A DNA stretch of 64,000 nt, taken from assembly GCA_030603365.1 (NCBI GenBank), contig JAUVXV010000003.1, forward strand, positions 128,001 through 192,000, read 5' to 3'. Source of the stretch: Candidatus Heimdallarchaeota archaeon (GTDB lineage Archaea > Asgardarchaeota > Heimdallarchaeia > Heimdallarchaeales > Heimdallarchaeaceae). Shown here one piece after another: positions 17,713 to 26,902 of this stretch. Each line of letters begins with the position of its first letter. The stretch's first letter is position 1. A program made the translations under genes and the position numbers. Below the pieces are notes generated by a model that was given only the letters and a program-made list of their open reading frames with translations, searched no databases and had not been told where the DNA came from.

Positions 17713-19491
17713 ATGATGAAAAGATTAAGAAAGATGAAAAGAGCCGTTTCACCAGTTATTGCAACCGTTCTTTTAATAAGTTTAGTAGTTGCTGCAAGCG
17801 CAATGGTCTATTTTATTGTTGTACCATTATTGAAGGGGAGCGCGAGCGTGAATTTTGTAACTACACAATGGTTTGACAGTGATGGTGACGATGTTTCTGA
17901 TCTAGTGTATATAACTTTACAGAATACGGGATCAGCAAGTTCAAAAATTTCGAATATTACATTAACAATAGATAATGATGCTTTACCAGAAAGAACAGTA
18001 ATTGATAATGCAGAGCTGATAGTTGAAAAACTTCCCTTAACGCTTGATGTCACAGCAAGGATGGATATAGCTATTTCTTTTGATCCATCTGAATATATCG
18101 CAGTAGGCGATAATACTTTCAAGATTTTGCTTACATACAGTGATGGTCTTAGTTCAATTGCACCTGAAAACTTGAATCATATTAGTGTTATTTACCCATT
18201 AGAAATGACAGTTTTGAATCCTGTAAACGGTAGTTGGGTAAATGGTATTATTGATCCTCAAGTATTGGTGTCAGGAGGATATTTACCATCAGCAGTTACT
18301 TATGATTTCTTTCTACCTGGTCAAATTATTGCTTTAAACGACCAACCAGTTGCTAGTAATATTAATTCTGAAAGTTATGCTGATGATATTGGATATGAAA
18401 TGATTTTTTCAATTGATGACTCATTAAACCAGTCAGCTGTTTCAACAAACATCTTCAATATTGATAACAAAGCTATAGGTGTCACTTTAAGTGTGAGTTC
18501 AACAAGTATCAATCAAGGAGAATCCTTAAACGCAACATGGGTATGGGATGAACTTGGAGGAGCTCCTGTAATAAATCAGACACTTGTTTTATCGGGTGAT
18601 AGTTATGGTTCAGATTCAGTTTTTACTGCTTTAGATGATACTATAACAGCCTTTGTTCTTCTAGGAACCCAAACAGCTACAATAGCAGAGGACGACTTTA
18701 CACTTACTCTTTATGTAAAAGATGCAGTAGGTAATTTGAATAGTTCTGGTAAATCATTCTCATTAGTTGATATTCTTGCCCCAACATCTGAAATTCTCTC
18801 TCCTGTGAATGAAACCTATGGTATAGAGGGTATAATGAACATTGAAGTTTATGCTGCTGATCCAACAGGAATTGATACAACAAATTTCGATATTTACTTC
18901 TTCAGTCTAACAACATCTTTCTACTATTTGTACCAGAATGTTGTAGAAGGACTAGCGAACTATAATACCATAGATAGAACTTGGGAATTAGATTTCAATA
19001 GTTATCTACTCCCAGATGATGATTATGCAATGGTAACTTTTGTATATGATGATTCTGATGCAAAAAATGTAAAAACTGTTACTCATATACTCTCAGTAGC
19101 TAATCCAAAGCTTACATTATCTGGAGCAGTTGGTGTAAGAGGATTCTTCTCTCGAAGTACATTCAGTTTTTTCCTTACAAATAACTTACCAGACGATATC
19201 ACAATAACCCAAATCTATATTGATTGGGAACCAGATAACAGAGCAGATTATATCTATGAAATGAGAGATAACACAGATGGTACAATATGGTTATCTTCAG
19301 CAGGACAACCTTATGCTCAAGAAAGTGTATTGCCCGTAAATGGTGGTACAGGAGCAGTTTTAAGCGGAGGTTCAATCCATAAACTGACAATTCTATTTGA
19401 CTACTTTGATCGAACAGATAAAGCTGATTTCGAAATAAGGTTCTTTATTCAAGAATTAGGTGTATGGCAAATTTTCTTTGTAGATCAATAA
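17713..19491 (+). CDS. Large archaeal type IV pilin/archaellin-like protein with Ig-like beta domains
   Basis: Class III signal peptide KRA|VSPVIATVLLISLVVAA; beta-rich acidic body (YVKDAVGN, EVYAADPTG); no C-terminal anchor. Confidence 0.85.
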   Translation: MMKRLRKMKRAVSPVIATVLLISLVVAASAMVYFIVVPLLKGSASVNFVTTQWFDSDGDDVSDLVYITLQNTGSASSKISNITLTIDNDALPERTVIDNAELIVEKLPLTLDVTARMDIAISFDPSEYIAVGDNTFKILLTYSDGLSSIAPENLNHISVIYPLEMTVLNPVNGSWVNGIIDPQVLVSGGYLPSAVTYDFFLPGQIIALNDQPVASNINSESYADDIGYEMIFSIDDSLNQSAVSTNIFNIDNKAIGVTLSVSSTSINQGESLNATWVWDELGGAPVINQTLVLSGDSYGSDSVFTALDDTITAFVLLGTQTATIAEDDFTLTLYVKDAVGNLNSSGKSFSLVDILAPTSEILSPVNETYGIEGIMNIEVYAADPTGIDTTNFDIYFFSLTTSFYYLYQNVVEGLANYNTIDRTWELDFNSYLLPDDDYAMVTFVYDDSDAKNVKTVTHILSVANPKLTLSGAVGVRGFFSRSTFSFFLTNNLPDDITITQIYIDWEPDNRADYIYEMRDNTDGTIWLSSAGQPYAQESVLPVNGGTGAVLSGGSIHKLTILFDYFDRTDKADFEIRFFIQELGVWQIFFVDQ

Positions 19492-19520
19492 ACTCTTTTT
19501 TCTTTCCTTTTTCTTTTTCC
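19492..19520 (+). terminator. Oligo-T terminator
   Basis: Pyrimidine tract immediately after the stop. Confidence 0.6.
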
Positions 19521-19568
19521 ATTAATACTTTCGAAAAGCTAATAATATTACAGTTACATCTCTAACCT

Positions 19569-20468
19569 ATGAAAGTTACCTACGATAGATATCCAGAGCT
19601 ACCTAGATTTCTAAAAACTTTCGTAGAATTCACTGCTACGTCTTTAGCTACAAGATCTTTCATACTTTATGGCGATGTCGTTCTGGACGATTTTTCCAAA
19701 AGATACAGTAAAATCAATGTTATAATAATCCTAGAAAAAGGTCTATGGGAAAAGGATTTTAACGAGCTTGATTCGATTATAGATAAGCTTGCAGCTATGA
19801 ATGAAGATTTTTCTAAGTTACTTCGAGCTTATTTTGTTCCTTACACAATGCTGGAGAATCCGAGGATTATTCATCAAGATTTAGAGGGTATGATAGTAAG
19901 AGATCTTAAACAAGAGATAATTAATCAGTATCCTCTTTCTCAAACTGATGATTTCATGATTATGAAGAAAGGAGAAGTTTTGTATGGGGAAGATCTACGA
20001 AGTCATTTTCCAATTCCTCCATTAGAGTGTTTCTGGCAACAATTTCTAGCAGAAGTACCCAACATTGAAGAAATAGCCAAAATCTATCCCTTCCAACATA
20101 GTCAATCTCCCAATTATGATCACGCTACTAACTGGATACTTTACTTCTCAAGGGTTTTATATTCAATACAGAATAATGATGTAATTGGTAGAATGAAAGG
20201 TGCATATTGGTTTTCAAACGAATATCTCAATAAGTTAGGTGATTTTGTTGTAGAAGTAGCAAGTTGTAGACAACGAAATATTTCACTCTCAAGTGTTATG
20301 GGAGTGGTTGAGAACAGTAGAGAATTGATGTTATTCTGTATAGAAAAAGCATTTAAAATAAAAGGAATTCATACACCGGATCTAAAATCTCTCTATAAAG
20401 AAGACCAGGGACATGCTAATTTTAGTAGATTCTTTATGGAGATAAGAAATATAATAGAGAATATCTAA
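19569..20468 (+). CDS. AadA/ANT-like nucleotidyltransferase-fold protein, catalytically degenerate
   Basis: ILYGDVVLDDF...SKINVIII aligns to LYGS...GDF...SDIDxLV; GEVLYG; ILYFSRVLYSI...IGRMKGAYW is DUF4111-like. Confidence 0.75.
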   Translation: MKVTYDRYPELPRFLKTFVEFTATSLATRSFILYGDVVLDDFSKRYSKINVIIILEKGLWEKDFNELDSIIDKLAAMNEDFSKLLRAYFVPYTMLENPRIIHQDLEGMIVRDLKQEIINQYPLSQTDDFMIMKKGEVLYGEDLRSHFPIPPLECFWQQFLAEVPNIEEIAKIYPFQHSQSPNYDHATNWILYFSRVLYSIQNNDVIGRMKGAYWFSNEYLNKLGDFVVEVASCRQRNISLSSVMGVVENSRELMLFCIEKAFKIKGIHTPDLKSLYKEDQGHANFSRFFMEIRNIIENI

Positions 20469-20475
20469 GTATTCA

Positions 20476-21846
20476 ATGATGAGTCAGCGAGAAGATGTGC
20501 TCAATTCATTTATTGATATGCTACAGGTAATTTTTCCTGAAATTATATCAGTTTATGAATTTCAAAAAGAAATAGCACTCTTCGATAAAATTCTAGAGAA
20601 CTGTAAAGGATTAGTTATAATAATCTCTGAAGCTGATTACAGCTTAGAAAACCTAATACTTGTTGATCTTATTTATGATAAAATACAGGATGAACATGGC
20701 TGGGAAGAAGGAGTAAGATTAGCAAATTCTTTCTCAAGAAGCTATATTCGTACTGTCAATAATCTCTGGCACATCAATATAATGAATAATCACTGTCTTT
20801 TGCCCGAAGATCAAATTAATTTAAAGAATACAAGAAAACTTCTACATGGTACAAATATTATCCCTACTATCCCTTTTCCTCATAATGAAGAAGAAATACT
20901 AAAGATTAATGCTAACTTTACTAGAGAAGAAGCTCTAGAGTTATTCAATCAATCAGATCAGTATGTACCTCTCATTAATCCTGATTGTTGTTGGATGAGA
21001 TATGATTTCACAATCAATCATTCTCTAGTGCAGATTCTGGATGATCAATTCCTAAAAATGAAAGATAGGATCCAACCTGAAAAGAATGCTCATATTTATG
21101 GTCGTTATGGGGGGTCTGGTAAGACACAAATCATCTATTCTCTAATAAAAAAATGTAAAGAATTATCTCTTCCATTGATTTATAGAACTGAATTTTGGAA
21201 AGGAGAAGATGGAAAATATAAGGAGATAGAATTCAATCCAGAAAATTCCGCAGAAAGAGTTACTGAATGGGTAATTGAAAAATCTCCAGGAAGTAGATTT
21301 ATTTTATTTTTAGATGAAATAGAAGTAAATATTCGTCAGTTAAAAGAAAAATTAAGCGTAAAGTATCCTGGGGATGAAATAAACTTACTTATTATTTCTG
21401 GAGGAAAGGAAATTTCTCCCTTTATTGATGACAGTTTCGATGTTTATGATATCTCTAAAGAGTTCCCATTCAATGAATCACAGTTAAAAGAATTAGTAGA
21501 AAAACTAATAGAAAAATCAAACATAGCTTCAGATATTTTTCCAGAAGAAATTATTGATATCATCGTTACCAAAACAAAATTGTGGAACCACTCTTCAATA
21601 CGAAGAACTCCAACTTCTGTAATATTATCTAGTTCTCTTGCATTAGCTGAATCAATTAAGATAGCTAATGAAAATAATGAAGAAATTCAAATTAAACCTG
21701 AGTTAGCAGAAAAATGGTCGCTACTTAGTACATCTCCTTGGTATCAGAAATATGATGAGTTACATGATGTACATGCAGAATATTTGGTTTTTAATGGAAA
21801 GAAGTATGTGGATGTTGATAAACACTATCACCATCCTTTACCTTAG
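20476..21846 (+). CDS. P-loop ATPase with an N-terminal degenerate nucleotidyltransferase-like domain
   Basis: HIYGRYGGSGKT, ILFLDEIE; the N-terminal ~140 aa resemble the upstream gene. Confidence 0.65.
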   Translation: MMSQREDVLNSFIDMLQVIFPEIISVYEFQKEIALFDKILENCKGLVIIISEADYSLENLILVDLIYDKIQDEHGWEEGVRLANSFSRSYIRTVNNLWHINIMNNHCLLPEDQINLKNTRKLLHGTNIIPTIPFPHNEEEILKINANFTREEALELFNQSDQYVPLINPDCCWMRYDFTINHSLVQILDDQFLKMKDRIQPEKNAHIYGRYGGSGKTQIIYSLIKKCKELSLPLIYRTEFWKGEDGKYKEIEFNPENSAERVTEWVIEKSPGSRFILFLDEIEVNIRQLKEKLSVKYPGDEINLLIISGGKEISPFIDDSFDVYDISKEFPFNESQLKELVEKLIEKSNIASDIFPEEIIDIIVTKTKLWNHSSIRRTPTSVILSSSLALAESIKIANENNEEIQIKPELAEKWSLLSTSPWYQKYDELHDVHAEYLVFNGKKYVDVDKHYHHPLP

Positions 21847-21856
21847 ATTCCTCTTT

Positions 21857-22915
21857 CTATTCATCATAGTATTTGGAATAGATTGCATTACTTTGAGCAA
21901 ACTTAAGAAAGTGACTTAAATTGTCTCTTAATTCATTAACATTCCTTTCATGATACAAAGTAAGATAAAGAGTTCCAACAAGAAACGATGTACCAGAAAG
22001 AAGAATTAACACTAATAACATTATTCCAAGTGCAATAAGGAAAAGCAAAATAGATTCTTTAATTGTAATCGGATTAGTACCAAAAATAGATTCAAATAAA
22101 TCAGTAAAGAAGATTATCCCTGTAACGAAAGCTGATAGGCTGAAAAACCTGCTCAGAATACTCCTTCTCATTCTTTCTGATAACTGATAAACTTCATTAT
22201 TTTTGTTGATATACTTGATTCTAGTATCTTCTATTGCCCAAACCATAGGTGTTATCCAAGAAGTAAATATTGGAGAACAAAGGACTACAAACGCACCAAT
22301 CATAAAACCTAGAAAGTAGGAACTTGGTTGGCTGATTTGAATTATCATTGCAATAAGAATACTAATACTGAAACTGGAAGTTAGAAGATCATACATCCTA
22401 GTTTTCAGAAAAACGCGAATACTAGAAACATCGCTATTAATTGCTTCTTCTTCAAGGAAATATTGCGTATCAGGACTAATATCGATGTTCAATAGTGTAG
22501 TAAAAAGAACTCTAAAGAATTTGAATTTCTTGTATTTAGTCTCCTTTCTTAGTTCCCCAAGCATTTCCTTAATTTCAGATGCCTGATCATGTTTAATCTT
22601 TAAAGTCTGAAAAACAAGTTTCTTCGCTACCCATCGTCCTATCCAATTCCAAAGAAATACTGATAAGACAGGGGATACAATTGAGATAATAACTAGTGAA
22701 ATGACTAAGGTTCTGATATCTTTTGGAGTAGGTTTAACGTCCCAATTTGTATATCTGATTGCAACATACCAAATTGCATAAAAAGCAATAAAAATAGCAA
22801 TATTTAATACCCATTTTTTCTTTGAAGGCTTTGTAATCCTATATTTCGCACCTGTTGCACTAATTTCCTTGGTAGGTAGAATGAAACTCTTTTGCTTAGA
22901 TATATACTCACTCAA
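21857..22915 (-). CDS. Hypothetical 6-TM membrane protein
   Basis: Three hydrophobic hairpins separated by basic loops. Confidence 0.75.
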   Translation of the reverse strand: MSEYISKQKSFILPTKEISATGAKYRITKPSKKKWVLNIAIFIAFYAIWYVAIRYTNWDVKPTPKDIRTLVISLVIISIVSPVLSVFLWNWIGRWVAKKLVFQTLKIKHDQASEIKEMLGELRKETKYKKFKFFRVLFTTLLNIDISPDTQYFLEEEAINSDVSSIRVFLKTRMYDLLTSSFSISILIAMIIQISQPSSYFLGFMIGAFVVLCSPIFTSWITPMVWAIEDTRIKYINKNNEVYQLSERMRRSILSRFFSLSAFVTGIIFFTDLFESIFGTNPITIKESILLFLIALGIMLLVLILLSGTSFLVGTLYLTLYHERNVNELRDNLSHFLKFAQSNAIYSKYYDE

Positions 22916-23033
22916 TTAAGTAAATAATTATTCTAAAATATTAAACTTGTGAGACTTGCAACGCTTTATTATATTATCTGTAAAAAAATACATTTTCTGA
23001 ATGTTTAAATATTTGCTTGGCTAAACTTACTGG

Positions 23034-25535
23034 ATGGAAGTAGAAAAAGGAAAAAAAATTCACAGTGTGTTATCAACTATTTTCTATTACACATTTGTAT
23101 TGATTATAATCGCAGTTTTTGTTTTGTCTTTAGTAATTGAAGAGATCACACTTCTTAACAATATACTATTTATCTTTCTAATTGTAAGTTCAATAGTCAT
23201 TGTCTTTTATCTAACAGTTCAAATGCTGAGATATAACCTGACTGTGAACAAAAAAATACAAGCAGGTATATTCTTTGTAGTAATTGGTTTCCTTCTGATT
23301 CTTCTTTCAACCAGCAAACAGCTCTCATTTATTGAAAGCTTAGATCTTGACTTTCTTGGATATGATTTCTTTGTGTATTGGGGGATTGGATCTGTTGTAT
23401 TCGGGATATTTGTTGAACTTACATTTCTAGATCAGTTTATCTGGAAACTATTTGTGCAACCTATTAAATATCTCTGGAAATTAACTGCAAAATTTGCTAA
23501 ATGGGTTAGAAAAAATTGGTTAAACATTATTCTCTATACACTAGATTTAGCTTCTCTTGCAGGTATAATCTATGTGGCAATTTTCTGGAGCACAGATTGG
23601 TGGAAGATAACTGTTCTTTCAGTGAGTTGTGTTTACCCTTTAGTCCATCACCACAAAAGAATCTGGAAAGCGATAAAATTCATAGTTATTGATATAATTT
23701 ATGAATTTTTCAAAAAGGTAGGAGAATTCATTAAACAAGTTTGCACATCAATTTGGAATGCGATAGTTAGTTTTGTCAATTTAGTCTTGAAACACTGGTT
23801 GTCAATTCTCAAAGAGATTTTGAGGTTGATGGGTGCTGCAGGAGGGGGAGTGATGATTTATTTCGGTGCAACATTGGTGGAATATAGGTTTTTGATAGGA
23901 TTAGGAATAATAGCTATAGTTGTTAGTCTATTATTCACAAGAAAAACCATTCTAACAATGTTATGGGATCTACTTTCCTCAATTGCATCTTTCTTCTGGG
24001 ATAAGCTAATTTCTTTTATGAAAACTATTCTTGAAAAATGGTGGCCTATCTTTAAAGAATTCTTAAGGCTTGTTGGAGCTGCTGGAGGAGTTTATCTTAT
24101 CTATCATGGTTATGTTTTTGATCAGTTTTCCTATTTCATTGGAATTGGAGTTGCACTTATTCTAATTTCATTAATATTTACTAGAAAAGCTGTCTTAGTC
24201 TGGCTTGGAAATGGAATTTCGAAGTTTTGCACTTATATCTGGGAAGAAATACTCAAACCTTATTATGCTAGAATTATCAATGAAATTATAAGATTAATTT
24301 TTGTAGGAGGAGGGATTTATCTAATCTACTTAGGAGTAATCAAACAAATTTATTATTACTGTATTTACATAGGCATAGCAATTATCTTACTAGTAGAAAT
24401 TATAACAAGAAAAGCAGTGTTAAAGAAAATCTATTCTGTTATGAAAAACATTGCACTGGCATTCTGGGATTTATTAGTGTGGTTGACAAAACCATTCCGC
24501 TTCTTATGGGAAAAGCTTGTAGCAGTAACTAAATTCTTGATAAAAAACTGGTTCAAGGTAGTCCTATATTTATTAGACCTAGTTGCTATTGCAGCAATTA
24601 TCTATCTATCTATTACATGGAATTCTGAATGGTGGTATATTATCCTACTTTTCATTAGTTGTTGTTACATCCCTGCTCATCACTATAAACTAGTTTGGAA
24701 ATCTATCAAGTTTATAGGGATAAATATCTTCTATGATCCTTTCATTCGTTTTGTCAATTTAATTGCAGACTTCTTCAAAGCTTTATGGAATGGTCTAGTA
24801 GATATTGCTAAATTCTTAAAAGAACATTGGTGGACGATTTCCAAAGAAATTCTAAGGTTAATAGGAGCAACAGGAGGTATTACTCTTATAGTTTATAGTT
24901 TCATTCTAGAAGATTTCTCGTATTTAGCCTGGATAGGAATAACAGTTGTTCTTGTTAGTGAAATATTAAGTAGAAAAATTGTATTGAAAAAGATATATGA
25001 ATTCTTCAAGGCTATCTTTGTTTTCATCTTTGAAAATAGAGTGATTATTTCAAGGGTACTAGGATTCTTAGCAGCTCTTGCAGGTGTTATTATTCATTTT
25101 GTCCTTGACTATTTTATAACCTTCATTCTTCTTGTATCTATAGGAGGAACATTTGTACTTTTTGCACATTTCATATATCATCCAAAGAAACTGTGGGAAT
25201 TTTTGGTTAGTATTCCTAAAACATTGCATAAGATTTTAGTTACTATCTGGCTTACAATAAAGACTGGGTCAGTTTACATATATCAAAATGGTATTCGTTT
25301 AATATTGCTGATTGTAATGATATTCACTTTTATTTATGGTCTCTTTGTAGTTTTCAATTTTGATTTCATTGGTATTTTTGAGAATATAAGTGCTGCAATC
25401 AGAATCTCACTTGGTGCATTATTTGTAGTTGTAGCAGTTGTTGCTTTCATCCTTTTACGCAGAGAATTGAAGAAATTACGAACAGGTAGCTCAAAAGTGC
25501 TAGCTCAACAAATTCGAGAGAGGTGGAAGCAATGA
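23034..25535 (+). CDS. Large polytopic membrane protein built from internal repeats (TM hairpin + amphipathic helix)
   Basis: 4 x (K/N)E.(L/I)RL....GG repeats; 2 x KNW...YxLDL...WW...HH.K.xWK.IKF repeats. Confidence 0.85.
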   Translation: MEVEKGKKIHSVLSTIFYYTFVLIIIAVFVLSLVIEEITLLNNILFIFLIVSSIVIVFYLTVQMLRYNLTVNKKIQAGIFFVVIGFLLILLSTSKQLSFIESLDLDFLGYDFFVYWGIGSVVFGIFVELTFLDQFIWKLFVQPIKYLWKLTAKFAKWVRKNWLNIILYTLDLASLAGIIYVAIFWSTDWWKITVLSVSCVYPLVHHHKRIWKAIKFIVIDIIYEFFKKVGEFIKQVCTSIWNAIVSFVNLVLKHWLSILKEILRLMGAAGGGVMIYFGATLVEYRFLIGLGIIAIVVSLLFTRKTILTMLWDLLSSIASFFWDKLISFMKTILEKWWPIFKEFLRLVGAAGGVYLIYHGYVFDQFSYFIGIGVALILISLIFTRKAVLVWLGNGISKFCTYIWEEILKPYYARIINEIIRLIFVGGGIYLIYLGVIKQIYYYCIYIGIAIILLVEIITRKAVLKKIYSVMKNIALAFWDLLVWLTKPFRFLWEKLVAVTKFLIKNWFKVVLYLLDLVAIAAIIYLSITWNSEWWYIILLFISCCYIPAHHYKLVWKSIKFIGINIFYDPFIRFVNLIADFFKALWNGLVDIAKFLKEHWWTISKEILRLIGATGGITLIVYSFILEDFSYLAWIGITVVLVSEILSRKIVLKKIYEFFKAIFVFIFENRVIISRVLGFLAALAGVIIHFVLDYFITFILLVSIGGTFVLFAHFIYHPKKLWEFLVSIPKTLHKILVTIWLTIKTGSVYIYQNGIRLILLIVMIFTFIYGLFVVFNFDFIGIFENISAAIRISLGALFVVVAVVAFILLRRELKKLRTGSSKVLAQQIRERWKQ

Positions 25536-26902
25536 AGGAAGAAAAATCAATAGATATAGATACAGGAGATAAAACACCTGAATCCATTGAGAAAAATCCT
25601 GTGATAACAACACTATGGATAGGTTTCACTATCTCTGTTCTTAGTATCATAAGTATATTGATTTTAACATTAGCATTCAATCAAACTTATGATGATTTGT
25701 TCTTCAGAATAATCTTAGGTATTTTTGTAGTAGGGGTTCTGTTTTTATTCTTTGCTTTAATTCTACGTAGATTAAGAAGAAAGGGAATCGATTACTTTGT
25801 AACAGGAGCAATAACAGCCTACATAGGCTTCATTTTAGTGTCTTTTCCAGCTATTCTATTTGCAGTAGGTGTGACTTCTTTCGAACGCGATTATATCTTC
25901 TATATCTTAATGGCAACAGGTGTGATATTGATTATCTTTGGTTTCTTTTTTGAAGCATATGATCTTAATTTGAAGTTAATTGCTTTGATGAAGAAATTAA
26001 AAGAAGCATTGAAAAGAATCTGGAAGAAGATTAGCTGGAAACTATTCCTTTCTCCATGGAATTTATTGTCTGTGGCTGGAATAACAATAATCATTCTTGC
26101 AGCTGTAAAAGTGTTAGAGTTTATCAACCCATTATATTGGTATTTGATAGGTGGAGGATTAATTCTAATAAACATAGTCTGGCATTTCAGAAAAGAAATA
26201 GCAGAAATCCTTGTTAACCTTGGCAAAGTAATAACAACACTATTCCAAGCATGGTGGAGAGCTATAAAACAGATTCCTCAGATTATGAAGAAATTTGGAA
26301 TATGGATATACACCAAAACAATAGAGATAATAAAAGTAGTAGGGAAGGCAATAAAATTCTTTGTTATTAGAAATTATTTGATTCTATTTGTATTTGGAAT
26401 TTCTATGTTCATTGTTTTGCATTATCTGGGAATATTCAATCTCGAGATTCGTATCGCATTATCTTCCTTAGTATGTGGAATTGCTATAGTTAAGCCTATC
26501 ATAGATTGGAGAGAACATTTTGGAGAAGACATCAGTACTGCCAGGATGTACCTCTATAAAACAGCTCAGAAGACTAAGCGTATTTTCCAATATAGAAAAC
26601 TAACAAGATGCCCAAATTGCAATAGACCTAACGAAATTCTTAGAGAGTATTGTTGGAATTGTAATGAGTTATTACCAAAATGTATGATTTGCAGTAGTAA
26701 GGTTGAGAAAGGGACAAAAATAGCTAAATGTCAATTGTGTAATAACATCTTTCACATTGACCATCTAGAAACATGGTTAAGATTCAATACTAAATGTCCA
26801 GTCTGTAAAGAAACAATAGATAAGAAAGAAGAAGAATTCCTTCCTGAATCTACATATGAAGAAGAGTTGATTGAAGATATAACTCCAACTCTTGATCCAT
26901 GA
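25532..26902 (+). CDS. Polytopic membrane protein with C-terminal Zn-ribbon + RING-variant domain (putative membrane E3 ubiquitin ligase)
   Basis: About 8 TM; CPNC..CWNC then CMIC-x12-CQLC-x4-HIDH-LETWL...CPVC; ATGA overlap with the upstream stop, preceded by GAGGTG. Confidence 0.85.
   Translation: MKEEKSIDIDTGDKTPESIEKNPVITTLWIGFTISVLSIISILILTLAFNQTYDDLFFRIILGIFVVGVLFLFFALILRRLRRKGIDYFVTGAITAYIGFILVSFPAILFAVGVTSFERDYIFYILMATGVILIIFGFFFEAYDLNLKLIALMKKLKEALKRIWKKISWKLFLSPWNLLSVAGITIIILAAVKVLEFINPLYWYLIGGGLILINIVWHFRKEIAEILVNLGKVITTLFQAWWRAIKQIPQIMKKFGIWIYTKTIEIIKVVGKAIKFFVIRNYLILFVFGISMFIVLHYLGIFNLEIRIALSSLVCGIAIVKPIIDWREHFGEDISTARMYLYKTAQKTKRIFQYRKLTRCPNCNRPNEILREYCWNCNELLPKCMICSSKVEKGTKIAKCQLCNNIFHIDHLETWLRFNTKCPVCKETIDKKEEEFLPESTYEEELIEDITPTLDP

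Noticed and set aside
25523-25535. Frameshift splitting a single ~1290-aa gene
   Set aside because: The junction is a clean ATGA overlap with an RBS-like GAGGTG and a hydrophilic new N-terminus, typical of translational coupling
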